Of a DNA stretch of 49,767 nt, positions 18,402 to 27,802 are shown in pieces; positions within the stretch are counted from its first letter, which is position 1; every line of letters starts with the position of its first letter. The notes below the pieces were generated by a model, which made no database searches, had not been told where the DNA came from, and saw only the letters and a program-made list of their open reading frames with translations. The position numbers were made by a program, and so were the translations under genes. This DNA is from a virus, in IMG/VR virus record IMGVR_UViG_3300014968_000003, positions 1 through 49,767 of that record; one strand, given 5' to 3'.

Positions 18402-18865
18402 CCTTTGAGATATTTTTCGTTGTTTGGGATGCTCATGTAATACTCTCGCCGCTCTTTCTTAAAAGCCTCAACCAGCGCATTTTCAGGCATCCTGTTGGCT
18501 GCCCTAATAGTATCTGGCCCCCAAATACCATCTCGTGCTACATCGAGTGGTAGACAGCGCTGTAGGAGCTTGACGGCTACCGAACTGCCCATGTTCACTG
18601 CTGCGTCGAAAACACGCTTGGTCACTTCGTTGGATGTCAGTTGAGAAAACCAGCTAGGAGTCCAGAAGTATCCGAGATAGAAGTTGTAGACGCTGGCAAC
18701 CCGAGATGGTTGAGAGAGGGCTGCAATACGTGCATAGGCTGTAGGAAACGAATGACTGTTGATGCCTGCAATCGCTTTCCCGCCTACATCCGGAATGGGT
18801 TCGAATTTGCGCTCAGGATCTTCCGAATCCATGAGCCAATTGAAAGCTGTATCGAAGTCTGCCAT
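18377..18865 (-). CDS. GH108-like / PG_binding_3-type peptidoglycan hydrolase (endolysin or virion-associated muramidase candidate)
   Basis: The ATG at 18865 follows the tube-gene TAG. DVGGKAIAGIN and ...ARDGIWGPDTIRAAN motifs. No canonical EGGY catalytic motif was seen. Confidence 0.5.
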   Translation of the reverse strand: MADFDTAFNWLMDSEDPERKFEPIPDVGGKAIAGINSHSFPTAYARIAALSQPSRVASVYNFYLGYFWTPSWFSQLTSNEVTKRVFDAAVNMGSSVAVKLLQRCLPLDVARDGIWGPDTIRAANRMPENALVEAFKKERREYYMSIPNNEKYLKGWLARCAR

Positions 18866-18867
18866 AG

Positions 18868-19299
18868 CTAGATGATAGACCCGAGTAGGCTCTCCCACAT
18901 GATCGTGTAAGCAACCGGCTGTAACACCTTCGCTCCGTTCGGAATCGGAGCGGCATCCGTCAGTACCCCGCGCACACCGCTGTAGACCTTGCCAGGACCA
19001 GGAAGAGTTTCGGTAGCAGTGAGATAGTAGATGGACTTCGCCACAACTTGAGCTTGTGCGATAGCGTCGAAGATCGCCACACTTGGAGAATCAGCCTGAA
19101 AGTGAAAAGTCTGTTTCACTGAGTTCAAGACAACGCCGGCAGTCTGACGCCCATCGACTCCGCGCTGAACTTCGGCAATCGTCAGATTGTCAGCTTCCCA
19201 CGCGGCGTCAGCCGAATACCCGGAGAGAACAACTGGAGTATCGAACAATCCCGGTGCGGTGATTGCAACGATGCTATTTGCACTTGTAATATCAGCCAT
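18868..19299 (-). CDS. Tail tube protein (DUF3277-like)
   Basis: 143 aa, AGGAG RBS, immediately downstream of the sheath gene. Confidence 0.65.
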   Translation of the reverse strand: MADITSANSIVAITAPGLFDTPVVLSGYSADAAWEADNLTIAEVQRGVDGRQTAGVVLNSVKQTFHFQADSPSVAIFDAIAQAQVVAKSIYYLTATETLPGPGKVYSGVRGVLTDAAPIPNGAKVLQPVAYTIMWESLLGSII

Positions 19300-19308
19300 T
19301 GTTCGCTC

Positions 19309-20859
19309 CTAGAGAAGATCGATAACGCCCATCGTGATCTGTTGAATCGAAGAACCGTCCGTGTAGTAGAGATTCACTATCGGCGTACCGCGTTGCTGCC
19401 GTACAGTCGCGCCAGGATCTTGAATCTGAAGGTAGTATCCCTGATTCTGAATCTGAGTGGCATAACCGGCATTGCCGAGTTTCGATGTAATGTCGGCAAT
19501 CTGCGTGCTCGAAAGTTGTACGCCAGTGCGAATCTGACCGAAGTTGATAGCGCCCGCAATCGGACCGCCGACGAGAGTAGTGCGCAATGCGCCGTAACCG
19601 TTCGCATTGTAAGCAAGCGACCCAATCGTGGTGAGCAGCGTAAGATTCGCAACATTCAACTGATCGGAGAGCCAAGCGTCGCCGACGAATGTATCGATCC
19701 AACCGAAATCGCCAGGCATGTTCGAATTGGCGAAGAAATCGAAGTTCTGATTCCGTGTGGCGACCGCGCCGTAAGTCGAATATCCGTTGGCAATGAGATT
19801 CTGATAGGTCTGAAGATTGGCGCAAGCGGGATACAAACCACCTTGCGAAAGGAAGGTCAGATTGGTGCGCCCGTTCTCTTCATTGAAGTTGATCGAAGCG
19901 ATCGCTCCGGATACAAAGATGGCGATGTTCATCACCAGTTGAGCGAGAGTGGTTCCGGCAGGAATGTTGATATTCGGATCGCTGAGTACGGCAGGATCAC
20001 CACCGATACAAGCCACTCCATTGTATTCAGCAGCCAGCGCGACAACACCGAAAGGTTCTGTCGCCCCATTGACGCTGGCTTGCGTATCGCTATCCCACGC
20101 GAGCCAAAGCACCTGATCGTTTTGGGCAGTGAACCAAGCGGCAAATCCTTCTTTAGCTGCCAGATTCGGTTCAAAGAGCGTAACCATCGTTTCCCAATTT
20201 TGATTGAGAGCCCAAGCGTTCACCATCGCCGTACTGGGAGTATCGGCTACTGCTCCCTGCGATAACTTCGCTCCTGTAGCCTGAGTGAACAAGAGGCCGG
20301 CAGCAAGAGTTCCGGTGGGGTAGATTACTGTCTCAGCCGCACCAGTAGCCGTACTGGTGATGAGGAATTGACCCGTAACAGCGTTGAACGTGACACCGAA
20401 TCCAGGAGAAGTAAAGCCCGCTTGAATGAGAGTGGCAGCATTGCTGAAACTGGTGGCGCTCGAAAGGTTGATACTTGCCGATGTTAGAGGAGTACCGGCA
20501 ATCGTGACTGTAAGTGTACCGGGCGAGAGGGCCTGAAGAGTAGCGAGAGGAATGTTCAGCCAACTTCCGGAAGTGATAAAACCCGAGCGATTCGCAGCGT
20601 TATATGCCGCAAAGAGCATGACCGAAGGATTGAGGGTCGCGCCTTCATATCCAGCGAAATAAATAAGCGCAGCGGCATATTCGACGGAGGCAAGGCCGAA
20701 GAAACTCCCTACTGCCGCTGCGCTGGCAAAACTTAAAACCGTTCCCGTTGGCATCGCCAGGTTTTGAGTAAGAAACAAACCGTTCAACACCAAGCCGGCC
20801 CCGCCAGCTTTCAGTACGGAAGGCTTTGCGCCTACGAATGCGGATGCGGGAATCGTCAT
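19309..20859 (-). CDS. Contractile tail sheath protein (DUF3383-like)
   Basis: 516 aa, upstream of the tube gene, ATGA coupling with the upstream gene. Confidence 0.7.
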   Translation of the reverse strand: MTIPASAFVGAKPSVLKAGGAGLVLNGLFLTQNLAMPTGTVLSFASAAAVGSFFGLASVEYAAALIYFAGYEGATLNPSVMLFAAYNAANRSGFITSGSWLNIPLATLQALSPGTLTVTIAGTPLTSASINLSSATSFSNAATLIQAGFTSPGFGVTFNAVTGQFLITSTATGAAETVIYPTGTLAAGLLFTQATGAKLSQGAVADTPSTAMVNAWALNQNWETMVTLFEPNLAAKEGFAAWFTAQNDQVLWLAWDSDTQASVNGATEPFGVVALAAEYNGVACIGGDPAVLSDPNINIPAGTTLAQLVMNIAIFVSGAIASINFNEENGRTNLTFLSQGGLYPACANLQTYQNLIANGYSTYGAVATRNQNFDFFANSNMPGDFGWIDTFVGDAWLSDQLNVANLTLLTTIGSLAYNANGYGALRTTLVGGPIAGAINFGQIRTGVQLSSTQIADITSKLGNAGYATQIQNQGYYLQIQDPGATVRQQRGTPIVNLYYTDGSSIQQITMGVIDLL

Positions 20860-21386
20860 GAGTAAACCTCAGTTTTGGCCGTTATTACAAGGGCCGATTG
20901 TTGGGGAACAGTTACGATTGGATTGTACTGCATAGAAGCTGTCAATGACCATCGATCTTCGTATTGTGCCTCTCCGGTAATCAAAGCTCCTTGAATTCCG
21001 TTACTACAGTACAGAGGAGCGATGCCGTCAGGGAATTGATCCGGAGCATAAGATGATCGAAAAACAGTCTTCACTGCTTTGCAATAATCCCCCGCTGCAA
21101 TGCCGTAGAAGTCGATTTGAATGTCCATCTGCGTCGGTGTAGAGATACTCTCTTGCTGTACGGAAGGATCTGCGCTTTGAATAACGGTTGGTGTCTCCAG
21201 GTCACTTTGACTAGTCTCCTGTAGTTTGACAAAAGCGAGAGGGTCAGTTCCGTTATAAGTCGGAGGAGCTACACGATTCTGCTGCCCGCGAACAATAGGT
21301 AAATCTGTCGGTAGAAATGGCGTAAGGAAGCTGGCGAGAGCTTCAATGACGGCATCGATCGTGATGGAAGGGAAGTAGAGAGTCAT
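20856..21386 (-). CDS. Neck / tail-terminator-position protein
   Basis: Gene order only. Confidence 0.4.
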   Translation of the reverse strand: MTLYFPSITIDAVIEALASFLTPFLPTDLPIVRGQQNRVAPPTYNGTDPLAFVKLQETSQSDLETPTVIQSADPSVQQESISTPTQMDIQIDFYGIAAGDYCKAVKTVFRSSYAPDQFPDGIAPLYCSNGIQGALITGEAQYEDRWSLTASMQYNPIVTVPQQSALVITAKTEVYS

Positions 21387-21994
21387 TGTTTTCTAATCAC
21401 CACCTTCGTCCAATCTGACCACGATTCCAGCACCTTCTCCACCAGCCAGGTTCCTGCCAACGTCGCAGGTACGTTTCGATTCTGAGGTACACCGTTCGAT
21501 ATTACAGTGATAATCGCGCTCACATCCACATCGCTCGCCTGAAGGTAAAGATTCGTAGCATCCGAAGGGGCTGCTTGCCATATCTCTCCGGAAGTTGTCA
21601 TCAGAATCTTCACTTGATCAGGGACAACCTTCAAGCCGTGAGGAACTGTAATTACTCCTGTTTGAGACGCTGTTACTGGAATCTGAATAGAAGTTGTCCT
21701 ACCACTTTTGATCGTGACTAAATCTCCACCACGTTGGTCAGGTCGAATCACGCCAGCGAGGTTGCCGTACATGTAGAGAGCTCGCAAAGCGCCTTGAAGA
21801 TTCAATTGCTCAATCTGTTTTAGATCATTTCCGTCAAGTGCTTGAATCTGAGCAGGTCCACTTATCGCTCGCTTATATTGAGGCACTTGCCGTTGCCCCG
21901 CTCCCATCACCCATCCGTCCGAAACCTGAAGAGACACAAGAATGTTTCGATTCACGGTAGAACTCACCGAGTTGGCAATCCCGCGAAGGTTCAC
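21383..21994 (-). CDS. Neck / tail-completion-position protein with one inserted HGL...NLYL domain
   Basis: GTG start in a GTGA overlap. Insert at roughly aa 101-166 (nt 21497-21694). Confidence 0.45.
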   Translation of the reverse strand: MNLRGIANSVSSTVNRNILVSLQVSDGWVMGAGQRQVPQYKRAISGPAQIQALDGNDLKQIEQLNLQGALRALYMYGNLAGVIRPDQRGGDLVTIKSGRTTSIQIPVTASQTGVITVPHGLKVVPDQVKILMTTSGEIWQAAPSDATNLYLQASDVDVSAIITVISNGVPQNRNVPATLAGTWLVEKVLESWSDWTKVVIRKQ

Positions 21995-22545
21995 TTCGTT
22001 ACCTCAGAACCTACAGCAGCAAGCATAGTGCCGCTCCACACCAAAGGTTTCGCAACGGTGCCACTGGGGGCAACCGCACCGTTGCGAATGTCCTCTTGAG
22101 CTTTCAGTACATCCTGAATCGTTACATTGAACTCAGCAGTCCCAGGAAAACGCAAATGAAGTAAAACAGTAGTAGGAGATAGAGGCGGACTGTTGGTCTC
22201 ACGGATGCTATTACGAAGCTGTTCCTCAAGAATCTTTCCCATTGCGGCTAAAATCACCGTTCCGTTGTAATCGTTCTGCTCTGCCAAAACTCCCAATATC
22301 TTCGGCCACTCTGGCGAATATTTCTTTACCATCTCACGAAAGAACGATCGAGGTGGGGAAGGGAAATTACCACCGTGGCCGAACTCATCCCAATAGGCAA
22401 CTTGCGCGACTGGCGTGCCGTCCGGATACTTCTTATCCTCAAGAAAACCGACACGAACATATCCACCTCCGAACTTCTTAGCGATGGCGAGTAGTTGTTT
22501 ATTGACACTATCGCCTATCGGGATGTTCGAAGTTCGTTTCACCAT
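21991..22545 (-). CDS. HK97 gp10-like head-tail adaptor
   Basis: VRVGFLEDKKYPDGTPVAQVAYWDEFGHGG...PPRSFFREM pattern. Position. Confidence 0.65.
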   Translation of the reverse strand: MVKRTSNIPIGDSVNKQLLAIAKKFGGGYVRVGFLEDKKYPDGTPVAQVAYWDEFGHGGNFPSPPRSFFREMVKKYSPEWPKILGVLAEQNDYNGTVILAAMGKILEEQLRNSIRETNSPPLSPTTVLLHLRFPGTAEFNVTIQDVLKAQEDIRNGAVAPSGTVAKPLVWSGTMLAAVGSEVTK

Positions 22546-23261
22546 CGCCTCAACATACCGGGCCAGTAACCGGCAGGCCGCATTGGATATCCGGGGTTAG
22601 GGCCAGCGACATACCGAAAGCTACGAAGATTCAAAGTAGCCTGCCAGAAAGCCGCCCCATACTGCGACTGATTGAAGAACGCAGCGCTCTCTGAGCCAGC
22701 ACCAGCAGCGAAATCGAAGCTAGCACTTACCGAACCTTCAGTCGCACTGCTGGTGCGCCCTACAGGACGCGGAGCGCCGTTTCCTTGCGACACCTGAGAG
22801 TTCTGAAAGACGCTCACCGTGGCAGTAACACCAACATCAGATGCGCTGAGATAAAGATTCTGAGCATCAGCGGCCTGAGTCTGCCACAGTGCCCCCGCGC
22901 TTGTCGCAAGGATATCGATGTTATCGGGAACTACTCCTAGACCATGAGAGATAACGAAAGGGCCAGCGGTAGGGGCTGTAACGGGGATCTCTACCGATAC
23001 CGGAGCAGGTTCGATCGATATCGCGTCTAAATCCCCTTGCAGATAGCTCAAATGAGCTACAAGCATATTCAGCAGCACTAGACGGCGGGAGACGTCCTGC
23101 ACCGGACTACAGGGAGTGTTATTGAGATACAACCCGGCGTCATCCGTAAAATAAGCAGTCAGCTTCGATGAGGGAACCTGAGAGAACTCAGGGTATCGAG
23201 TCAGAAACTTATTCAAATCGAATACAGCTACGCCGCTACCAGGTACGCAGAACCCGCCCAT
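22539..23261 (-). CDS. DUF4054-like head-tail connector with one inserted HGL...NLYL domain
   Basis: N-terminal FDLNKFLTRYPEFSQV... and C-terminal ...GSVSASFDF...YGAAFWQATL flank an insert at roughly aa 88-153 (nt 22803-23000). Confidence 0.55.
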   Translation of the reverse strand: MGGFCVPGSGVAVFDLNKFLTRYPEFSQVPSSKLTAYFTDDAGLYLNNTPCSPVQDVSRRLVLLNMLVAHLSYLQGDLDAISIEPAPVSVEIPVTAPTAGPFVISHGLGVVPDNIDILATSAGALWQTQAADAQNLYLSASDVGVTATVSVFQNSQVSQGNGAPRPVGRTSSATEGSVSASFDFAAGAGSESAAFFNQSQYGAAFWQATLNLRSFRYVAGPNPGYPMRPAGYWPGMLRRW

Positions 23262-23264
23262 CTG

Positions 23265-23624
23265 TTAGTCCTCAGTCGCCGTCTTCACCCGATGTTCATC
23301 GGGGTTGAGTTGCTCAAGGCCTGTCTTATCGTCTTCACGCTCGCGATAGATTGCCTTTGCATCCTTCTCATCCTTCGCAACAAAGATCGCGCCGGACTTC
23401 AAGGGTTGGAAGGGGTTGCGAGGGTGAGCGTGGACTGCGTGCCACATATCCCAGAATTCCTTATCGACCTGAGTGGTCATATAAGGAACTGCCATGATCA
23501 CCCCGTTGCGGCCCTTGGGAGCATCGTTAAGTCCGTTAATCTTCACCGTAGCCTTCGGGTCCATCGGAGACCTCAGAATAAGCCCCATGGGGAGCTTAGA
23601 GCCTACTGTCACTACTTCCGCCAT
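23265..23624 (-). CDS. Hypothetical head-associated protein
   Basis: ATG with AGGAGGG RBS, directly downstream of the capsid gene and hairpin. Confidence 0.5.
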   Translation of the reverse strand: MAEVVTVGSKLPMGLILRSPMDPKATVKINGLNDAPKGRNGVIMAVPYMTTQVDKEFWDMWHAVHAHPRNPFQPLKSGAIFVAKDEKDAKAIYREREDDKTGLEQLNPDEHRVKTATED

Positions 23625-23646
23625 ACTTCTATCCCTCCTAAGTGAA

Positions 23647-23670
23647 AGAGGGTGACCGTAGCCACCCTCT
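23647..23670 (-). terminator. Hairpin after the major capsid gene (8-bp stem AGAGGGTG/CACCCTCT), followed in the minus sense by TTCACTT
   Basis: Read directly. The U-tract is weak, so it may be a partial terminator or a stability element. Confidence 0.35.
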
Positions 23671-23693
23671 AACGTTTCATTCTACATCCGTCC

Positions 23694-24722
23694 TTAGATG
23701 CCAGTCATGGTAACGACAAACATCGGGCGGAAGATGATCGTTCCCCAAGTTCCCTGCGATTTCTTCTGCCGGAAGCTGGACAGATCGATGACTACCGGAT
23801 GCGCTCGAAGCTTCTCAGTGAAGGCGCAGGATGCTGTTCGAACTCCCTCAACTTCATCGGCGATAAGTTGCACCATGTTGCCGCTTGGAGTCGAATACTC
23901 CGGAGCAGTCTTGATGGTCAGATTCGGGAAGTTCTTCTTAATGCGGTCCAGCACGTTGACGTTGAAATCCGAAGTCTTCGTAAACCAGACTTCCGAAGCC
24001 GCCGAAAGTGCCAGAGTAAACTTCGATTCGGTATCAACCAAGCTGTTCGTCTGATTGACCATCGTTTCGATCAGCAACGCGATATCGTTCAGAATCTCGT
24101 TTGCTGAAGCGTTCGGCCATCCCGTACCACCTTCTGTCTTGATCGTCGGAGAGATGGCTGGAAACAGCGAAGGGTCATTCAGGATGCCGTAGTTCTCCAG
24201 CCCATTCACGCCGAAGAAATAGGTCTTATTCTGAAAGAGATTCAAGGTGCTGATGCTAGCCTTGTTCTTGCGGAAGGCCAGGTCAATCAAACCCTTGCCG
24301 GCGCGTTCAACTTCACGCTCTCCCCACTGCGTAATCGTCTGATAGTGATACGACTGACGCTGTGGGTAATTGATGTTGGCATTCGACATTCCGTTGTTGG
24401 AGTAGTCGCCGTAACTGGAGACCTCGCCCACATCTTCAGCTTCGATGAACATGGCGGTATCGGTCGTCCAATCGCCTTTCTTGACCTCATCTCCCACAAT
24501 CTCAACCGCTCGCATCGGCTTGACCAGAATGTCAATGATGCGGGGATCGACGTAGGTGGTGAACATCGACGGGACACCGGCGTTACTCTGCGTAACGAGC
24601 GCAGGCTGCGCGTCCATCGCAAGGACGTTGCCGGTAGCATCAGCTCGCAAAATATCAGCGTTGGGCTGACCCATAAGGATGATGCCGGCCATTTCTTGAA
24701 GAGCGAGCAGCTCTGCGTTCAT
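23694..24722 (-). CDS. Major capsid protein (HK97-fold, DUF2184-like)
   Basis: The ATG at 24722 (MNAELLALQEM...) is preceded by a GGGGA RBS and lies downstream of the neighbouring stop at 24751. Size and position after the scaffold and decoration genes fit. Confidence 0.7.
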   Translation of the reverse strand: MNAELLALQEMAGIILMGQPNADILRADATGNVLAMDAQPALVTQSNAGVPSMFTTYVDPRIIDILVKPMRAVEIVGDEVKKGDWTTDTAMFIEAEDVGEVSSYGDYSNNGMSNANINYPQRQSYHYQTITQWGEREVERAGKGLIDLAFRKNKASISTLNLFQNKTYFFGVNGLENYGILNDPSLFPAISPTIKTEGGTGWPNASANEILNDIALLIETMVNQTNSLVDTESKFTLALSAASEVWFTKTSDFNVNVLDRIKKNFPNLTIKTAPEYSTPSGNMVQLIADEVEGVRTASCAFTEKLRAHPVVIDLSSFRQKKSQGTWGTIIFRPMFVVTMTGI

Positions 24723-24750
24723 CGTGTTATTCCCCGTTTCATTGAAGTAA

Positions 24751-25899
24751 TTACTGAGGTTGCTTGGAAATCTTAACCAAAGAGCCCACCGCGCCGTCAC
24801 CGTCAAGATTCGTCGGATAGGCTTTCCATCCGGAATCAATGCCGCCTGCGGTAGTGAAAGCCTCCGAAGCTACATATTGCGTAGCCGGAAGGAAGAGTTG
24901 ATAGGTGCCGACGCCGCCCGCGCCGTTCACCGGAGTCAACTGTTGCTGAATCGAAGTGGCGGGCATGTTAGTACCCGTAATCGGCATACCAGGCTGAAGT
25001 ACACCGCTTGCAACCGCTGTAACCTTCAACACGTTTCCGAAGGTGGTCACTCCGGTAGCTGAAGCGAAATAGGCCGTACCAGGTGCGCTCAGACTGTAGG
25101 TACCCGCGCCTCCAGCAGTGCCGCTAACTTGAGCGGTGATCGTGGTGCCGACAGGAAGTCCAGTCACCCCGGCAACTGTATCACCAATTGAGATCAGTCC
25201 CGTCGAAGCACTCACCACCAGCACATTGCCATACGTAGTGATCGTCGCAGCGCTGGCGGTAACCGGTTGACTCGTTTCATAGACACCAGCCCCGCCGACA
25301 GTGCCGCTGATCTGAGCGACAATCTGAGTGCCGATAGGAACACCGGTGCCCGCAACGAAATCGTTGATGCTGACTACGCCGGTCACTGAGCTAAGAGTGA
25401 TCTGCTCCGGGTTGCCAACAACGGCGGTACCGGTCGAAGTCGAACCGAGAGCGGCGGTATTGGTCGAACCGATCGAACCGGTAGCAGACGCTCCAGTCGG
25501 TGCACTGGTATAAGCGCGCCCATCGGCATATCCGGCATAAACCGTCGAACCCTTGACCATCGCAGCCGGCCCCATGTTCTTCACCCAATAGTCGCCGCCA
25601 TTGGATAGATCAATTTGGAATCCGGCAGGAACCAACATCGAATATTCCGCAAGGTAGACTTGGATGAGCGCCTGTTGAGCTCGATGAAGGAAGCCATCGG
25701 GAGCAACGGGGCCAGTGGCAAAAGGATCGGCACTGACAAGATCGGGGCCAACCCAATGGAATCGTCCAACGATGGCACCGGCCAAACCCGCTACCAGTCC
25801 GCCAGGGCCAGCCAACACCGAAGAGCGCGGATTGACGCTTGCGAAATCGCCTTCAACTGCTGGCGGATTGAAGTTATTCACTCGTGTTTGGAAAGGCAT
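24751..25899 (-). CDS. Head decoration/cement-position protein with three tandem ~55-60-aa repeats
   Basis: Repeats at roughly aa 165-222, 224-287 and 289-345 (G.I..GD.V.G.G.P.GT.I.AQ.SGT.GG.G.Y). Confidence 0.5.
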   Translation of the reverse strand: MPFQTRVNNFNPPAVEGDFASVNPRSSVLAGPGGLVAGLAGAIVGRFHWVGPDLVSADPFATGPVAPDGFLHRAQQALIQVYLAEYSMLVPAGFQIDLSNGGDYWVKNMGPAAMVKGSTVYAGYADGRAYTSAPTGASATGSIGSTNTAALGSTSTGTAVVGNPEQITLSSVTGVVSINDFVAGTGVPIGTQIVAQISGTVGGAGVYETSQPVTASAATITTYGNVLVVSASTGLISIGDTVAGVTGLPVGTTITAQVSGTAGGAGTYSLSAPGTAYFASATGVTTFGNVLKVTAVASGVLQPGMPITGTNMPATSIQQQLTPVNGAGGVGTYQLFLPATQYVASEAFTTAGGIDSGWKAYPTNLDGDGAVGSLVKISKQPQ

Positions 25900-25930
25900 C
25901 GTGTTACTCCCTTGAGTTGATCTAGTTGAC

Positions 25931-27199
25931 TTACATCACGCGGAAACGAGCTGCATTCGGAAAACGCTTGACTACTGTGGCCGAATCCATTGCAACTTGA
26001 GTAGTCGGAGCAGATTCGCGCTGCTTCAGTCCAAGCCGGAACATCGCACGCTTCGCACCGAGGCCGGCAGCTTCCGAATGATCGATCTTCATGTGGTCGA
26101 GAGCGAAGCCGTAGACGCCTTCTGCCGAGTCCATCGCGATCACATCGCCGACAACGGGACGCACGTCGCGCTTGGCTTCCTCAAGAGATGCAAATTCACT
26201 GCGGAGACGCTTTTCGAGCGAATCCATCGCGCCTTTGACATCTTCCTTGGAGGCGGCATCCTTCGCCTTATCCTTCGCGCCGGCCTTGTCTTTCGCAGCC
26301 TTGCGCTTCTTTTCTTCCTCGTCGTCTTCGTCCTCGTCCGAATCCTTGGCACTCATGCAATCCTTGCAGTCGCAGTCCTTCGCGTGCTCATCGGCATCTT
26401 CGGCTTTTGGCTCATCTTCGATATCCGCCATTGCGTCCATGACAGCGATGACTTGCTTGCGGTCGATGGCCGCGTCCATTGCTAGGACGGCATCGGCAGC
26501 TTTCTCACGTTCCGGTTTGCCGAACGTCTTCCGCTTGGCGTTGCCAACAACCTTTTCCAGTTCCGAACTGGTTACTTTCGGAAAAGCCGTGGTGACGGCC
26601 ACAACTAGCGCATTGCCGAGCTTCGTTCGTTTCATAATGAGAGTCTCCGGATGTTGATCTGCCGCAAGAACATCGTTTCCCGCCCTACCCGACTCGACCA
26701 GGGCCAAATGATTGGCTTGAATCTGAGTCATAATACCATCGTAATGTACACCTTGGTAATCCCCTGATGACATTAATGGTTCATATCGGTAACTGCAAGA
26801 GAATTCTCTGACCTTATCGGTTTCGATGCCGGCAATGGCTGCAGCTTCCCAGATGTAGGTGTCTGCGTCCAGATAAGGATCAAGGAATTCGACATCGCTA
26901 CCAACCGCGCCGACAATGTATTTTTTCTTCTCTTGCTCGTCCATCCCATCGAAATCGGTGATGAAGATGTGCTTATTAAGAATCGGCAGACCGCGAAAAG
27001 TCTGAGCTGCTCGCGCAAGTTCTTCCGGATCTCGCAGCATGTAATAGATGCGGCCAGGATCGAGCCCAAGCTTATCCCACTTCGGAATCTCATTGCCACG
27101 ATAAGGATTGACGGCAGCTTTCGTGATGTGCGAACGAGCGATATGAAGCCGCCCATCGGCGGTGTACGTCCTCATCGTTCCATCGAAAGCTAGGATCAC
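25931..27199 (-). CDS. Prohead scaffold / protease-like protein (DUF2213-like) with a highly charged K/D/E-rich segment
   Basis: YTADGRLHIARSHITKAAVNPYRGNEIP N-terminus; DSDEDEDDEEEKKRKAAKDKAGAKDKAKD tract. The track start is GTG; an alternative ATG is at 27175. Confidence 0.6.
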   Translation of the reverse strand: MILAFDGTMRTYTADGRLHIARSHITKAAVNPYRGNEIPKWDKLGLDPGRIYYMLRDPEELARAAQTFRGLPILNKHIFITDFDGMDEQEKKKYIVGAVGSDVEFLDPYLDADTYIWEAAAIAGIETDKVREFSCSYRYEPLMSSGDYQGVHYDGIMTQIQANHLALVESGRAGNDVLAADQHPETLIMKRTKLGNALVVAVTTAFPKVTSSELEKVVGNAKRKTFGKPEREKAADAVLAMDAAIDRKQVIAVMDAMADIEDEPKAEDADEHAKDCDCKDCMSAKDSDEDEDDEEEKKRKAAKDKAGAKDKAKDAASKEDVKGAMDSLEKRLRSEFASLEEAKRDVRPVVGDVIAMDSAEGVYGFALDHMKIDHSEAAGLGAKRAMFRLGLKQRESAPTTQVAMDSATVVKRFPNAARFRVM

Positions 27200-27239
27200 A
27201 GCGCGATCATAACAAAATGAATAATGATGAAAATATCAG

Positions 27240-27271
27240 TTGACACGCAACCGGAAGTGTGGGACGATAGA
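27240..27271 (+). promoter_or_regulatory. Promoter-like conserved element TTGACAC-N-CAACC-N-GAAGTGTG-N-GA-N-G-N-TAGA, copy 1 of 2
   Basis: TTGACA, a 17-nt spacer, then TGgGACGAT (extended -10-like). About 29/34 identical to 35092-35123. It heads the plus-strand island. Confidence 0.35.
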
Positions 27272-27293
27272 GAAGTCAAAGGAGATTTAAAGG

Positions 27294-27563
27294 ATGATTA
27301 CCTTCTCACACGATCAAAAGGAAACTCAAATCGCCATCGCTAAGCGTGCAAATAAGGTTGCTAGCAAAGCTGGCTTTTCTTATACAAGAACAGATGCCCT
27401 GATGGATATTTCAGCAACACACGCGATCTGTCCTCTCCGTTTATCTGACCTTCTTGAAGCCAACGATTTCAATTTCAAGCATGATGTTTTCGGCATTCGT
27501 CGTCATCTCAATCGCGAAACGGGAGAATTGGAAGACTGCTTTCTTCCTCGATACTCAGCCTAA
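27294..27563 (+). CDS. Hypothetical small protein (first gene of the opposite-strand island)
   Basis: AGGAG RBS, ATG start. Conserved-looking HDVFGIRRHLNRETGELEDCFLPR tail. Confidence 0.6.
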   Translation: MITFSHDQKETQIAIAKRANKVASKAGFSYTRTDALMDISATHAICPLRLSDLLEANDFNFKHDVFGIRRHLNRETGELEDCFLPRYSA

Positions 27564-27616
27564 TCTTACCCTCACCTTCACCAGGGATGCGACTGAAACG
27601 CATAGGAGACCTCACC

Positions 27617-27802
27617 ATGCATATCCATATTGCTCTCGTCCTCGCGGCCCTCACCGCAACCTTCACCCTATACTTCATGCCTTTCCTGATTGCATGGTAT
27701 CGCCGGCATCGCCAGGTGACTGCGATCTTCTGGTCTAACTTTTTCTTTGGTTGGACTGGAATCGGTTGGTGCGCAACGTTCATCTGGGCGGTGATCCGAT
27801 GA
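27617..27802 (+). CDS. Superinfection immunity protein family (Imm_superinfect-like) small membrane protein
   Basis: The ATG at 27617 has an AGGAGA RBS. LYFMPFLIAWYRRHRQ...NFFFGWTGIGWCATFIWAV matches the family signature. Confidence 0.7.
   Translation: MHIHIALVLAALTATFTLYFMPFLIAWYRRHRQVTAIFWSNFFFGWTGIGWCATFIWAVIR

Noticed and set aside
19292-20265. Long alternative-frame ORFs inside the sheath gene (177 aa minus strand, 307 aa plus strand)
   Set aside because: They lie entirely within a well-supported 516-aa gene and have Arg/Ser/Cys-rich shadow-frame composition. The same reasoning applies to 41375-42205 and 41769-42245 inside the methyltransferase gene, 26172-26657 and 25997-26485 inside the scaffold gene, and 16256-17236 inside the TMP gene.
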